From positions 1,216,001-1,280,000 of the forward strand of contig OZ251219.1 of assembly GCA_965240465.1 (NCBI GenBank): a DNA stretch of 64,000 nucleotides, written 5' to 3'. Below are positions 1 through 9,243 of the stretch, in pieces. Below the pieces are notes generated by a model. The model saw only the letters and a list, made by a program, of their open reading frames with translations, made no database searches and was not told the origin of the DNA. How positions within the stretch are numbered: position 1 is the stretch's first letter; each line of letters starts with the position of its first letter. Made by a program: the position numbers and the translations under genes. The stretch is from a bacterium (GTDB lineage Bacteria > SAR324 > JACQKK01).

Positions 1-1
1 G

Positions 2-226
2 CTCAGGATTACTAGGCGGATGGTATTTTATGATCGGCAAGGTAGGAAGTTAAAAACTCTGGATAACACCGATATAACTAATGTGAAGGGTGCAAACATA
101 ATTACCAAGGCGGTAATGACTAATCATCAGAGTGGTGGATACTCCGAGGTGAACGTCAATGACATCAGTGTGGGGGTGGAGATTTCTCCTGATGAGGTAG
201 GGCTTCAATATTTTAGTTCTAATTAA
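2..226 (+). CDS. Outer-membrane lipoprotein-sorting (LolA-like) protein, C-terminal fragment (5' partial)
   Basis: Frame open from the window edge. FYDRQGRKLKTL...MTNHQSGGYSEV pattern is typical of LolA_like/DUF1329-type proteins; followed by a putative outer-membrane protein. Confidence 0.7.
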   Translation, partial: LRITRRMVFYDRQGRKLKTLDNTDITNVKGANIITKAVMTNHQSGGYSEVNVNDISVGVEISPDEVGLQYFSSN

Positions 227-246
227 ATGTTTTTTGGTTATATGTT

Positions 247-2373
247 TTGAGCATGAAGAATCTTTGTTTGAGTTTGTGGATGGCAGTGGTACTGGCTGTT
301 GTAGTGGGCAGTGCGATGCCTATTTACGCTCAGCCATTGCCTAAACCGCCAGAGGATGAAGAAGACGAATTGCTGGAAGATAAGGCATCAAAACCAGCTG
401 AGGAGCCAAAGCCCGTAGAGCTTGAGCCAGAGGTTGAGTTTCCCGTAGAGCCAGACGATAAATTAGATAAAGCTGGGTTAGGCTCTGAAGTTGAATTGGA
501 GCCTGAGATTGAATTGGAGCCTGAGATTGAATTTGATCCTGAAGCTGGGTTAGGTCCTGAGATTGAGTTGGAGTCTGAGATTGAATTGGATTTAGAATAT
601 GAGTTAGGTCCCGAGGTTGAATTGAAGCCTCCTTTGCTACCTGAAGAAATAGAGGCACTGATTGATGAGAGTGAGAAGGAGTACGAGGATAAGAGTAAAG
701 GTTCTAAAGATAAGGTTGAGGTTAAGAAAGGTGAAGATACTGAGGATGAGAGTGAGGAAGATAAAGATGCTGATGGGTTAGATTTTTCGGTTCAACCAGA
801 GGTTTTATTTATTGAGCCGCCGGGTTCTGGTTTTCTTGATAGTCCTAATCAGGAGGGATTTATTGGTAACGAGTTAGAATCTTATTCATTGTTTGAGCAG
901 GAATTTTTTCAAGATACTAGGGTTGAGATTGAGCCACTAGGTAATAAAGCGATAAAGAAAGCAGAGAAGAAGTTGTTTAAGAGGCTTGCCTTTTATGGAG
1001 GGAGTGGCAAGAAGAATTATTTTATCAATGGCAGATTTGGGGTTAGTTCTGTGTCTGGGGAGGCTACTCGGAGATTGCTTTACGCTAAGCTTGGAGGGGA
1101 TTATAGGGCAGGGATTTTTCGGTTTGGCTTAGGGGGTAGTTATACCCTCCAGCACATTGAGTACATAGAAGAATTAAGACCGATTTTTACCGAGAACGAT
1201 GTTTATAGTGGTTATGCAGGCAGTAAGCGGGTTTTGGATAAGGAAACAGCTGTTCCAGAGGGTACGTATTTTGGAATTTATTTGGATAAGTTAAGCCTCA
1301 GCGGCGGAGTGCAGACCATTGTTTGGGGGCAACTTGAAGGTTATTCTCCAGTAGATTCATTACTGCCAGAACGCAGTGATGCCATCAACCCTAGCTTTAG
1401 GAAGGAAAATAACCGCCTGCCGCAGACGGTTTATCGCCTTTCCTTGTTGATGCCCCTAAAGATAAGATTTGATTTGTATCAATTTCCCAAATACGAGGTG
1501 GATGGTATCACCGAGAAAGCCTTTACCCAAGCGCGAGAGTTCAATAGCTACAATGGAGGGAAACTTGCCAGAAAAGAGGCGACTTTACCAATCAAGCCCA
1601 GTGTTCCTAGCAGGGCGGTGCGTTTGATGCTCAATCCTGTTTGGGGTAAAGTGGGATATACTTACTATCGGGGGCAAGATAGTGCGGTGGAGGATTTCTC
1701 CAGCTTGGAGGTTGTCGCTAGGAGGGATGTATATCAAGCAGAGCCTCATCCTGGGGTTTCTGCTTTTGTGGGTCGGGGGATTGAGGTTTCTATTAGTCGT
1801 GACAACTATGTTTTCTACCTAGAGAGAATGCAACGCAATGGTCTTTTTACTAACATTTACTGGCCTTATCCTGATTCTTCCACAGTTGAGCTAAGTGAAC
1901 TGGCATTGCAACTAAGAGATTGGGTGCTAGAAAACAATGAAAAAAAGTTGTACTTGGAGCATAGCCAAGTAATCAATGCTGTCGGTATGAAGGTAAAAAC
2001 AGCAGTCCAAGAGGCATCATTTGCGGTGTATACGCTGAAAGAAGAATTCCTAGCTCCCCAAGCCCAAACAGGATTTGAAATATACAAACAACTTGATGAA
2101 CAAAAACCAGTCAGTACTACTACGGTCTACTTCAAATATCAGGGATATATTGATCCCGACCGAAAAACGCTGGCTGGACTGGCAACGGGCTTGTTAGGCC
2201 CGGCTTTCGGTAATCGGGTATATGTTTCTCACAACTTCGGTGGTTTGCGTGCCGTGCTTTCCTATGAGGATCTGGAATACATCAACGATAGAAACATCAG
2301 CAGCTCCATTGAGTACCAGCAAAAGCAAAATACCTTCCGAGGTTCTCGCCTCACCTTGATCTACGATCTGTGA
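247..2373 (+). CDS. Putative outer-membrane beta-barrel protein (DUF1302-like) with acidic, repetitive N-terminal region
   Basis: Signal peptide, ELEPEI-type acidic repeats, GVQTIVWGQLEGYSPVD motif, amphipathic C-terminal strand; context downstream of a LolA-like gene. Confidence 0.55.
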   Translation: MSMKNLCLSLWMAVVLAVVVGSAMPIYAQPLPKPPEDEEDELLEDKASKPAEEPKPVELEPEVEFPVEPDDKLDKAGLGSEVELEPEIELEPEIEFDPEAGLGPEIELESEIELDLEYELGPEVELKPPLLPEEIEALIDESEKEYEDKSKGSKDKVEVKKGEDTEDESEEDKDADGLDFSVQPEVLFIEPPGSGFLDSPNQEGFIGNELESYSLFEQEFFQDTRVEIEPLGNKAIKKAEKKLFKRLAFYGGSGKKNYFINGRFGVSSVSGEATRRLLYAKLGGDYRAGIFRFGLGGSYTLQHIEYIEELRPIFTENDVYSGYAGSKRVLDKETAVPEGTYFGIYLDKLSLSGGVQTIVWGQLEGYSPVDSLLPERSDAINPSFRKENNRLPQTVYRLSLLMPLKIRFDLYQFPKYEVDGITEKAFTQAREFNSYNGGKLARKEATLPIKPSVPSRAVRLMLNPVWGKVGYTYYRGQDSAVEDFSSLEVVARRDVYQAEPHPGVSAFVGRGIEVSISRDNYVFYLERMQRNGLFTNIYWPYPDSSTVELSELALQLRDWVLENNEKKLYLEHSQVINAVGMKVKTAVQEASFAVYTLKEEFLAPQAQTGFEIYKQLDEQKPVSTTTVYFKYQGYIDPDRKTLAGLATGLLGPAFGNRVYVSHNFGGLRAVLSYEDLEYINDRNISSSIEYQQKQNTFRGSRLTLIYDL

Positions 2374-2406
2374 TGTTCCAACAGCTAGAGGCTACGTGCT
2401 TAGGCT

Positions 2407-2469
2407 CTACTAGACACGCTGCTACTAGACACGCTGCTACTAGACACGCTGCTACTAGACACGCTGCTA
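2407..2469. repeat. Tandem repeat, 15-bp unit CTACTAGACACGCTG x4
   Basis: Read directly from the sequence. Confidence 0.95.
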
Positions 2470-2599
2470 AACGCTACTGGGCTTGTCCCCCCCGAGCTAT
2501 CCTGCCCCACCTGCTCCCCTCCTTTGCTGCTCTCCTCCTTTGCTCCTCCCCTCGCCATGCCCCTCCTGCCCTTAGCAGAAAGCTGCTGTTTAGCAATCA

Positions 2600-2641
2600 C
2601 AATGAGACCGCAATGAGACCGCAATGAGATCGCAATGAGAC
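2600..2641. repeat. Tandem repeat, 11-bp unit CAATGAGACCG x~4
   Basis: Read directly from the sequence. Confidence 0.9.
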
Positions 2642-2646
2642 TAGGT

Positions 2647-3096
2647 TTAGAAGTGGGTGCGTTTGAGGTCAGACGCCAATTTTTGCCATTCGGCGACTGC
2701 TTCTTCAGGCAAGTCCCGATAGCTAGACACTCGGCGATTAAATTTGGCACCTTCGTCTTGGTTCAATCTCAGCAAACGGAAGGCTTCTTCCACATCGCCT
2801 ATGCGTAGCGAGTTAATAGCGGTCAGCCGATCTTTCACTTTGGGTGTAAAATCGCAGAGTTCAACATTGACTTCTCTGTTACAAGAGAGGGAAAAGGACA
2901 GCACTGCCCCAGCCAAGCAAACGAAGCATTTATCATTTTTATGATTGTATTCATGCCAGAATTCCATTCTCAGTTCATACTCATTATCTTCTTGTACCAG
3001 CTGGAGGTCTCCAATGGCTATATCAAGCAGATCTGAAGGTTTGGCATCTAGGAATCTTTTTGATTTTTCGGTTGAGAAATCTAATTCAATATCCAT
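2647..3096 (-). CDS. Hypothetical protein (149 aa)
   Basis: ATG with AGGA-like RBS, globular composition, CFVCLAGAV motif; family not recognised. Confidence 0.7.
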   Translation of the reverse strand: MDIELDFSTEKSKRFLDAKPSDLLDIAIGDLQLVQEDNEYELRMEFWHEYNHKNDKCFVCLAGAVLSFSLSCNREVNVELCDFTPKVKDRLTAINSLRIGDVEEAFRLLRLNQDEGAKFNRRVSSYRDLPEEAVAEWQKLASDLKRTHF

Positions 3097-3206
3097 GGTT
3101 TCCTAAAAATAAAATAAATCGCTTAAATTAAACTATAGCAAGCTAACAGTAAAGAGTCAGACTATACAATACATTTTTCTACTGCCCCAGACAATTTATT
3201 TGGCAT

Positions 3207-3316
3207 GCAAGCTGATAAGCCCGCAAGCTGATAGCCCGCAAGCTGATAAGCCCGCAAGCTGATAAGCCCGCAAGCTGATAAGCCCGCAAGCTGATAAGCC
3301 CGCAAGCTGATAAGCC
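3207..3316. repeat. Tandem repeat, 16-bp unit GCAAGCTGATAAGCCC x~7
   Basis: Read directly; one copy has a 1-bp deletion. Confidence 0.95.
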
Positions 3317-3358
3317 GACAGGCTGACGATCCGATTTGGTGCAGGCAGTGTGCCATAT

Positions 3359-4303
3359 TTAACGCATCCAGGGAGTTGCCAACAAAGGATGAAAATAGCT
3401 GAGGAATTTTCTACAGCTATTTTCCGAAACGAAAGCTAGGTTAAGAGTTAGCATCAGCAGGTTAAAGAGTAGTGTATGCAAGATGATTCCCACTCCCAAA
3501 TGTACCACTACCGCCAGTAGTAAGGAAAAAACGCGGAGCTTGGGTAACCAAACAAAAATCGGATGTAGTATTTGAAACAATATGATCCCGATACTAAATA
3601 CCATCAATTTGGGTGCATTTATTATCCAGGATACTTGATCGGCGTTCAGCCAGTTTATTTGTTCAATTCGCCCCATTTTTTGTGATTGCAAGGGGCTCCA
3701 GAAGATTTCACCGAAGGCGAAATCGGTGGTAAGCAGTATCAGAAAGGAATGGAAATAGATGATGCAAAGATGGATTTGTAGGGCTCTCATCATCATGTTG
3801 CCCCAGATGAGGGGGTGATTTTTTGGGGGGTGAGGGATAGTCTGCTTGAGGGTGACTTTTGCGATTCCTCTGCGGGGTATAAAGGAAAGATATTTGGCAC
3901 AGGGCATTAGGCTCAGGTAGAACAAGGACACGGTAAGCAAGCCATCTAGGTTGGTCACCATAGCGGATTGGTAGTGCATGTAGACGAGGTGGAAAAATAA
4001 AGCCAAAGGACCAGTGAGCCAAGTAGCTAATCCTAGTAGAAATAAGATTGCGATCAATAGTGCTAGTGAGTAGAGGCTCCAGACCCAGAAAGGACTAGTG
4101 CTGGCTCCTAGCAAGCCGATGTTCCAGCTCAGCCCAGATACATCGGCGATTTCTTTGGGGAGGGCAATATATCCCAGCTGAAGGTCCATTCCCAGTATCA
4201 GCCAGCGATAAAGGAAAATGCTTCCAACACATACTCTCATCAAGGCGGAGGTGGCCTCGGCAGTGGGTTTGTTCCATATTTTCGTTAAGCGATAGGTGAA
4301 CAT
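3359..4303 (-). CDS. HTTM-domain membrane protein
   Basis: Multiple TM helices with HTTM-like motifs (LMRVCVG, RALQIHLCIIYFHS, HLGVGII). Confidence 0.7.
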   Translation of the reverse strand: MFTYRLTKIWNKPTAEATSALMRVCVGSIFLYRWLILGMDLQLGYIALPKEIADVSGLSWNIGLLGASTSPFWVWSLYSLALLIAILFLLGLATWLTGPLALFFHLVYMHYQSAMVTNLDGLLTVSLFYLSLMPCAKYLSFIPRRGIAKVTLKQTIPHPPKNHPLIWGNMMMRALQIHLCIIYFHSFLILLTTDFAFGEIFWSPLQSQKMGRIEQINWLNADQVSWIINAPKLMVFSIGIILFQILHPIFVWLPKLRVFSLLLAVVVHLGVGIILHTLLFNLLMLTLNLAFVSENSCRKFLSYFHPLLATPWMR

Positions 4304-4330
4304 GGTTAGAACGTATTCGGGTTTAGAAAG

Positions 4331-4921
4331 TTAGCGTTTTTTGGGACTCCAATGCCCCGAAAAAGTGTTGTACGTTCCTATAGAATTGAGCTTAAGCCTA
4401 GCATCCAGCTGATATGGTTTAGTGCTTGAGCGGATATTATTTCTATTCCATTGCCAGCGAGCCGAATATATTTTCACGCTCAGAGGGACCTTCTCCTGAT
4501 GTGCCGATAACTGATATGCAAACTTGGGAGATAAATTCGGATTATCCAACAGCACATTGCTAAAAGCAGCCCAGCGTTCAAAACGCAGCGAGGGCGAAGT
4601 CTGATGGCTGGGGAAATATCCATTACTGGTGGTGTTGTCCTGATGATACACTTTGTACACCAAAAAACGATCATAATCCCCAAATTGCTCTATCCCCAAG
4701 GCGTTCTTGGTGCTCATCCAGGTCAGCCAGCCAGCGGGCGATTTGGATACCTTAAAAACATGATTACGTCCACTGGGTAGAATAAACAAAATCCCTAAAT
4801 GAATTAATATCAAGATGGTAGGCAGTACCCGAAAAATAGGAGGCTGGCTCGGTAGACGCAAGAACCGCAATATCAAGGGCTGAGGACCATGCAAAACCCA
4901 AACTTGTAAAAACTTCAACAC
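4331..4921 (-). CDS. Hypothetical membrane-anchored protein, likely HTTM partner
   Basis: Single N-terminal TM segment, co-oriented directly upstream of the HTTM gene; start uncertain. Confidence 0.6.
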   Translation of the reverse strand: MLKFLQVWVLHGPQPLILRFLRLPSQPPIFRVLPTILILIHLGILFILPSGRNHVFKVSKSPAGWLTWMSTKNALGIEQFGDYDRFLVYKVYHQDNTTSNGYFPSHQTSPSLRFERWAAFSNVLLDNPNLSPKFAYQLSAHQEKVPLSVKIYSARWQWNRNNIRSSTKPYQLDARLKLNSIGTYNTFSGHWSPKKR

Positions 4922-5068
4922 CAGACCTTATCCTTGCTAATCCTTGTCCTTGCTAATTGATGATAAATAGCTCGCCGCAACATCACACACCCCAGCGATG
5001 CTTACACATATTAGCCACTCAATTCTAGTGAAAGCACTCCTTAGCTGGCAAGTAGACCCGAACTTGTT

Positions 5069-6526
5069 CTACTCAGGAGAACCAGAGGAAGCACGAGGCA
5101 CGATCTTCCATATCTGCCCCCTTTGATGTGCCAGCAAATAGAGCTCCCCAAGGCTGTCTTCTGCAAAGGAAGAAATATGTAGCTCGGTCTCCAACAGCAA
5201 CAATGGAGTACGCAATGGAGTACGCAATGGAGTACGCAATGGAGTACGCAATCCCAACGACCTAGCAGGAATACCACGAATACGACCCGAAACATAATCG
5301 GCAAATAAATAGTACCCAGCCATCCCAACCAGCTCTCCCCCCCGATATACATACCCGCCCGTAATAGAAGCATCAGGTCCGTGAGGGTACTCAGCGATCG
5401 GCAGGCGTAAGTTCGCCCGAGAGCACTTCCTTGGCGGACGATAGCAAAGACTACCCTCCATTCTAGACCAACCATAATTTCCCCCGCCCTCTATCAAATT
5501 GACCTCCTCCCGATGACTTTGTCCGACATCAGCAGCCCAAAGATTCCCGTTCTGGCGATCAAAAGCCATCCGCCATGGATTGCGTAGCCCAAAGGCCCAA
5601 ATCTCAGGACGAGCCGAGCGATGCCGAACAAAGGGATTGTCCGCAGGAATGGCATAGGGCTTTCCCTTTTGCGATTTGTCAATGTCTAACCGTAAAATAC
5701 TGCCCAGCAAACTAGATAAATTCTGACCATGACCAAAAGGATCGCCCTTATAACCACCATCGCCTAAACCCAAATACAATTTGCCATCAGGACCAAACAA
5801 CAATTGCCCGCCATTGTGATTATCATAAGGCTGCTTGATTTCCAATAAAACCTCCACAGCACCACGAGGACGCAAAGTCCTAGGATGCAACCTAATACGC
5901 GATAATTCAGTACGACTAGGATTAGACCGACTGCCATACAAAAATAACCATCCGTTACTGGCAAACTTAGGATGCAAAGCCAACGAAAGTAATCCCCGCT
6001 CTCCCCCATAACTGATGCGTGATCGCCAATCCAAGATCACCCGACCAGCACGATCTCCCCCCCCCAGCCGAACCCTTCGGACTAGACCCGCTTGCTCGCT
6101 GATTAACCACTGCTTATCAGGGAGGGGTCGCATATCGGTAGGCAAGCTCAAGGGCGGAGCGACCATCTGCTTGATGCCTATCTCTGAGGGAGTAGTCTTT
6201 TTAGTTTTTGAGGAAGTAGTCTTTTTAGTCTTTGAGGGACTGGTCTTACTTGTCTTGGTGGAAATTGCGGGAGCTGCGGGCTTGGTGGAGATTGCGGGAG
6301 TAATTGCGGGAGCTGCGGGCTTGGTGGAGATTGCGGGAGTAATTGCGGGGGGCTTGGTGGAGATTGCGGGAGTAATTGCGGGCTTGGTGGAGATTGCGGG
6401 AGTAATTGCGGGCTTGGTGGAGATTGCGGGAGTAATTGCGGGGCTGGGGGGGGAGTGGGCTGATAACAACATTGCAGCACCGACTACGATCAAGTTAGGC
6501 ATCAAGTTAGGCATCAAGTTAGGCAT
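5069..6526 (-). CDS. PQQ-dependent glucose/sorbosone dehydrogenase family protein
   Basis: GERGLLSLALHPKF, NHNGGQLLFGPDGKLY, GLRNPWR and GGNYGW motifs; in-frame repeats MPNL x3, PAITPAISTK and PLRT x4. Confidence 0.9.
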   Translation of the reverse strand: MPNLMPNLMPNLIVVGAAMLLSAHSPPSPAITPAISTKPAITPAISTKPAITPAISTKPPAITPAISTKPAAPAITPAISTKPAAPAISTKTSKTSPSKTKKTTSSKTKKTTPSEIGIKQMVAPPLSLPTDMRPLPDKQWLISEQAGLVRRVRLGGGDRAGRVILDWRSRISYGGERGLLSLALHPKFASNGWLFLYGSRSNPSRTELSRIRLHPRTLRPRGAVEVLLEIKQPYDNHNGGQLLFGPDGKLYLGLGDGGYKGDPFGHGQNLSSLLGSILRLDIDKSQKGKPYAIPADNPFVRHRSARPEIWAFGLRNPWRMAFDRQNGNLWAADVGQSHREEVNLIEGGGNYGWSRMEGSLCYRPPRKCSRANLRLPIAEYPHGPDASITGGYVYRGGELVGMAGYYLFADYVSGRIRGIPARSLGLRTPLRTPLRTPLRTPLLLLETELHISSFAEDSLGELYLLAHQRGQIWKIVPRASSGSPE

Positions 6527-6596
6527 GCGGAGTTGTTGGTGTTAGGCAGTCCAGTTGATGTTTTTTCTAATCCTAGCATTATGGTATGGATGGGGG

Positions 6597-7661
6597 TTAT
6601 TCAAGCAAGCGGCGTAGCAGGGTTGGTCCTTGGTAGACGAAGGCGGTGTATATTTGTACCGCTTGGGCACCATGGGAGAGCATTTTTTGCAGGTCTGCTT
6701 TGGTGGAGATTCCTCCACAGCCGATGACGCTCAGTTGCGGGGCGAGCTTTTTAATGGAGCTAAGCAGTTCCAAAGCCCGAGGAAATAAGCAGGGTCCGCT
6801 CAGTCCACCGATTTGCTGAGCCAGATGGGCGGGGCAATTAGGAGGTCTGGCAGTGGAGGTGTTGGAGGCTATCAGTCCCTGCCAGTCGTTTTCTGAGATG
6901 GTGTTGATGAGCGGCTTTAGGTCGGAGTTTTTCAGGTCGGGTGATATTTTCAGTAGCAGGGGAACGGAGTACCCATGTTTATCAGCTAGGCGGATACGCT
7001 CCTGACTACAGGCTTTGGCCAGCTGGGGAAGGTTTTGAGGTTTTAGCAGATCACGGAGGTCGGGGGTATTGGGACAACTCAGGTTGATGGCAATATAGTC
7101 GGCATAAGGATAAATTTCTTTCAGGCAGGTAATATAATCTTGGCTTGCCGACTTGGGATTGGAAGGGGTACGGGGATCTTTGCTGATGTTGACTCCCAAG
7201 ATGCCAGAGAGGGGTTTTTGTCGGAGTTTCTTCAATCGGGGTAGCATGCGTGCTAGTCCTTGGTTATTAAAGTTCATCCGATTGACAAGTAGCTGTTGTT
7301 CGGGGCTGTGGAATAATCGTGGAGTGGGGTTGCCGAATTGGGGCTGGGGGGTGACGGTGCCTACTTCTACCATCCCGAAGCCCAGTGCAAACAGGGCTTT
7401 TACGAAGTTGGCATCTTTGTCTAGACCAGCGGCTACTCCTAGGGGATTGGGGGCGATCTTGCCAAATAGCTTGATAGGCTGGGGAGGCGGTAGCCGATGG
7501 AGTTTACCTAATAGCTGGCAGAGAGGCTCAGCCGAGGCTATTCTAAGTCCAGTCCCGACTAGCTGATGAGCTGTTTCTGGTGGGAGGGTATGTAATAGTT
7601 TAAGCCACCATGGCGGTGGTGTTAAGGGAGGAGGGGAAGGAAGGGGAGAAAGGGAAGACAC
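6597..7661 (-). CDS. pyrD: Dihydroorotate dehydrogenase (quinone), class 2
   Basis: GVAAGLDKDA, EVGTVTPQPQFGNPTPRLF, LLKISPDL, GGLSG and VQIYTAFVYQGP motifs. Confidence 0.93.
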   Translation of the reverse strand: MSSLSPLPSPPPLTPPPWWLKLLHTLPPETAHQLVGTGLRIASAEPLCQLLGKLHRLPPPQPIKLFGKIAPNPLGVAAGLDKDANFVKALFALGFGMVEVGTVTPQPQFGNPTPRLFHSPEQQLLVNRMNFNNQGLARMLPRLKKLRQKPLSGILGVNISKDPRTPSNPKSASQDYITCLKEIYPYADYIAINLSCPNTPDLRDLLKPQNLPQLAKACSQERIRLADKHGYSVPLLLKISPDLKNSDLKPLINTISENDWQGLIASNTSTARPPNCPAHLAQQIGGLSGPCLFPRALELLSSIKKLAPQLSVIGCGGISTKADLQKMLSHGAQAVQIYTAFVYQGPTLLRRLLE

Positions 7662-7693
7662 TAGGGGGCTACTTTACTTTCTTTATGGTTGTC

Positions 7694-8095
7694 TTAATTT
7701 TTTGTTTGCTTGCGGCGGGAAATGGCTTTCTTCTTGAGGTAGGCTGCTTGTAGGATATTATTTTCGGTTTGGAAGTCCTTTTGAGTGAGTTTGCCTATTA
7801 GGTGATCGTTTTTCAAGTAATTTAATTCTTCCAGCAGGAGATTGGCATCGGAGGTGGCATCAGGGTCGGCATCGGGGTCGGCATCGGGGTCGGCATCGGA
7901 GGTGGCATCGGGGAAGGCATCGGGATCGGGGTTGGAGGTGGCATCGGCATCGGAGAAGGCATCAGGGTCGGCATCAGGGTCGGCATCAGGAGAGGAAATA
8001 CCCTTTTGCCAAGGATGATTAGGTCTTAGCAAGGGACGACTAATCCAAAAGGTACACAAGACTAAGAATGTCATTCCAAACCACAGCATTGGCAC
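7694..8095 (-). CDS. Small membrane protein of the ccm cluster (CcmI N-terminal-like) with DADP repeats
   Basis: N-terminal TM segment, LEELNYLKNDHLIGKLTQKDF motif, directly downstream of ccmH. Confidence 0.55.
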   Translation of the reverse strand: MPMLWFGMTFLVLCTFWISRPLLRPNHPWQKGISSPDADPDADPDAFSDADATSNPDPDAFPDATSDADPDADPDADPDATSDANLLLEELNYLKNDHLIGKLTQKDFQTENNILQAAYLKKKAISRRKQTKN

Positions 8096-8102
8096 TCCTT
8101 AG

Positions 8103-8567
8103 CTAAAAAAGCTTCTCCCAGTGTTGTAAATCCGCTTGCACCTGACGCTTCTGGGCTGCCGTCAACTTTGGGGAACGAGGCTTCCTATCCACACGAAGCA
8201 CGCTGGCTAAAATCCAAAATCCGCCCAAGGCTATAAATAATATCGGCAACAACCAAACTACCCATCCCCGAGGAGATCGCAATACCCACTCCCCATAACG
8301 AGAAACAAAATAGGCTCTAATCTGCTCCTCACTCTGTCCCTCACGAACCATCCGCTCCACCTGACCGCGAATCTGCAACGCAAAAGGAGCATTGGACTCC
8401 CATACCGAAATCGCCTGACAAGTAGGACAACGCAATGATCGCGAAATCCGCTTCACCTTATCCCCAACAACATCGCCTCCCCAAGCCACGGGGGATGCCA
8501 AACTTAACCATCCGCTCCCCAAAAGGATCGCTAGCAATCTGGCTGATCGATAACATGAAACGCTCAT
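8103..8567 (-). CDS. ccmH: Cytochrome c biogenesis protein CcmH
   Basis: LRCPTCQAISVWESNAP and YFVSRYGEWVL motifs. Confidence 0.92.
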   Translation of the reverse strand: MSVSCYRSARLLAILLGSGWLSLASPVAWGGDVVGDKVKRISRSLRCPTCQAISVWESNAPFALQIRGQVERMVREGQSEEQIRAYFVSRYGEWVLRSPRGWVVWLLPILFIALGGFWILASVLRVDRKPRSPKLTAAQKRQVQADLQHWEKLF

Positions 8568-9223
8568 TTTAATGCTCCTATTTGTCTGAATAGTAAATGA
8601 GGGATGCTGGGCGAGGGAGGGTGAGCGAGGGCAAGGGCAAGGGAGGGAGAGGGCGAGGGGGCAGCGAGGGGCAGCTCAGGGGGTGCTATGGTGAATAATA
8701 CTTGGAAGTATTTATCCAGAATTTTTCTATCTAGCGGTCCAGTATGTTTTCCCACCACGATGCCCTTAGAATTGATGAAAAAGGTTTCTGGGATTCCAAA
8801 GAGGCCGTATTTAAGTGCCATATATCCTTTTGCTCCATCCATAGCTAGGAAGTACTTTTTGTTGAATTCATTAGCAAAATCTCGGGCTGCCTTAGGAGTA
8901 TCCTGCACGGCTACTCCGATCATCTTCACACGCAAGCCATACACCTCATAGGCTTGGGAAAGCACTAGGGCTTCTTGACGACAAGGCTTACACCAGCTAG
9001 CCCAAAAGTTCATCATGTAGGGCTTGCCTAACAGGGATTGAGAAGAAATCTTCTCTTGGGTGCGAAATTCACGTAATTCAAAGCTCGGGGCGGTTTTTCC
9101 CATCAGTGGCGAGGATGGCTGGGCAGTAGGTTTTACCAAGGAGAAGGCGAGTAGGGCTATAAAGCCCAAGAGGGGAATGCTGATCAGCCAGAAGGGGAGG
9201 ATGGCTAGGGGATCTTTTTTCAT
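8564..9223 (-). CDS. ccmG: Thiol:disulfide interchange protein CcmG/DsbE (TlpA family)
   Basis: NFWASWCKPC and GIPETFFI motifs, N-terminal TM, position in the ccm operon. Confidence 0.85.
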   Translation of the reverse strand: MKKDPLAILPFWLISIPLLGFIALLAFSLVKPTAQPSSPLMGKTAPSFELREFRTQEKISSQSLLGKPYMMNFWASWCKPCRQEALVLSQAYEVYGLRVKMIGVAVQDTPKAARDFANEFNKKYFLAMDGAKGYMALKYGLFGIPETFFINSKGIVVGKHTGPLDRKILDKYFQVLFTIAPPELPLAAPSPSPSLALALAHPPSPSIPHLLFRQIGALK

Positions 9224-9243
9224 AAGACAAGTTATGGTGTGTG

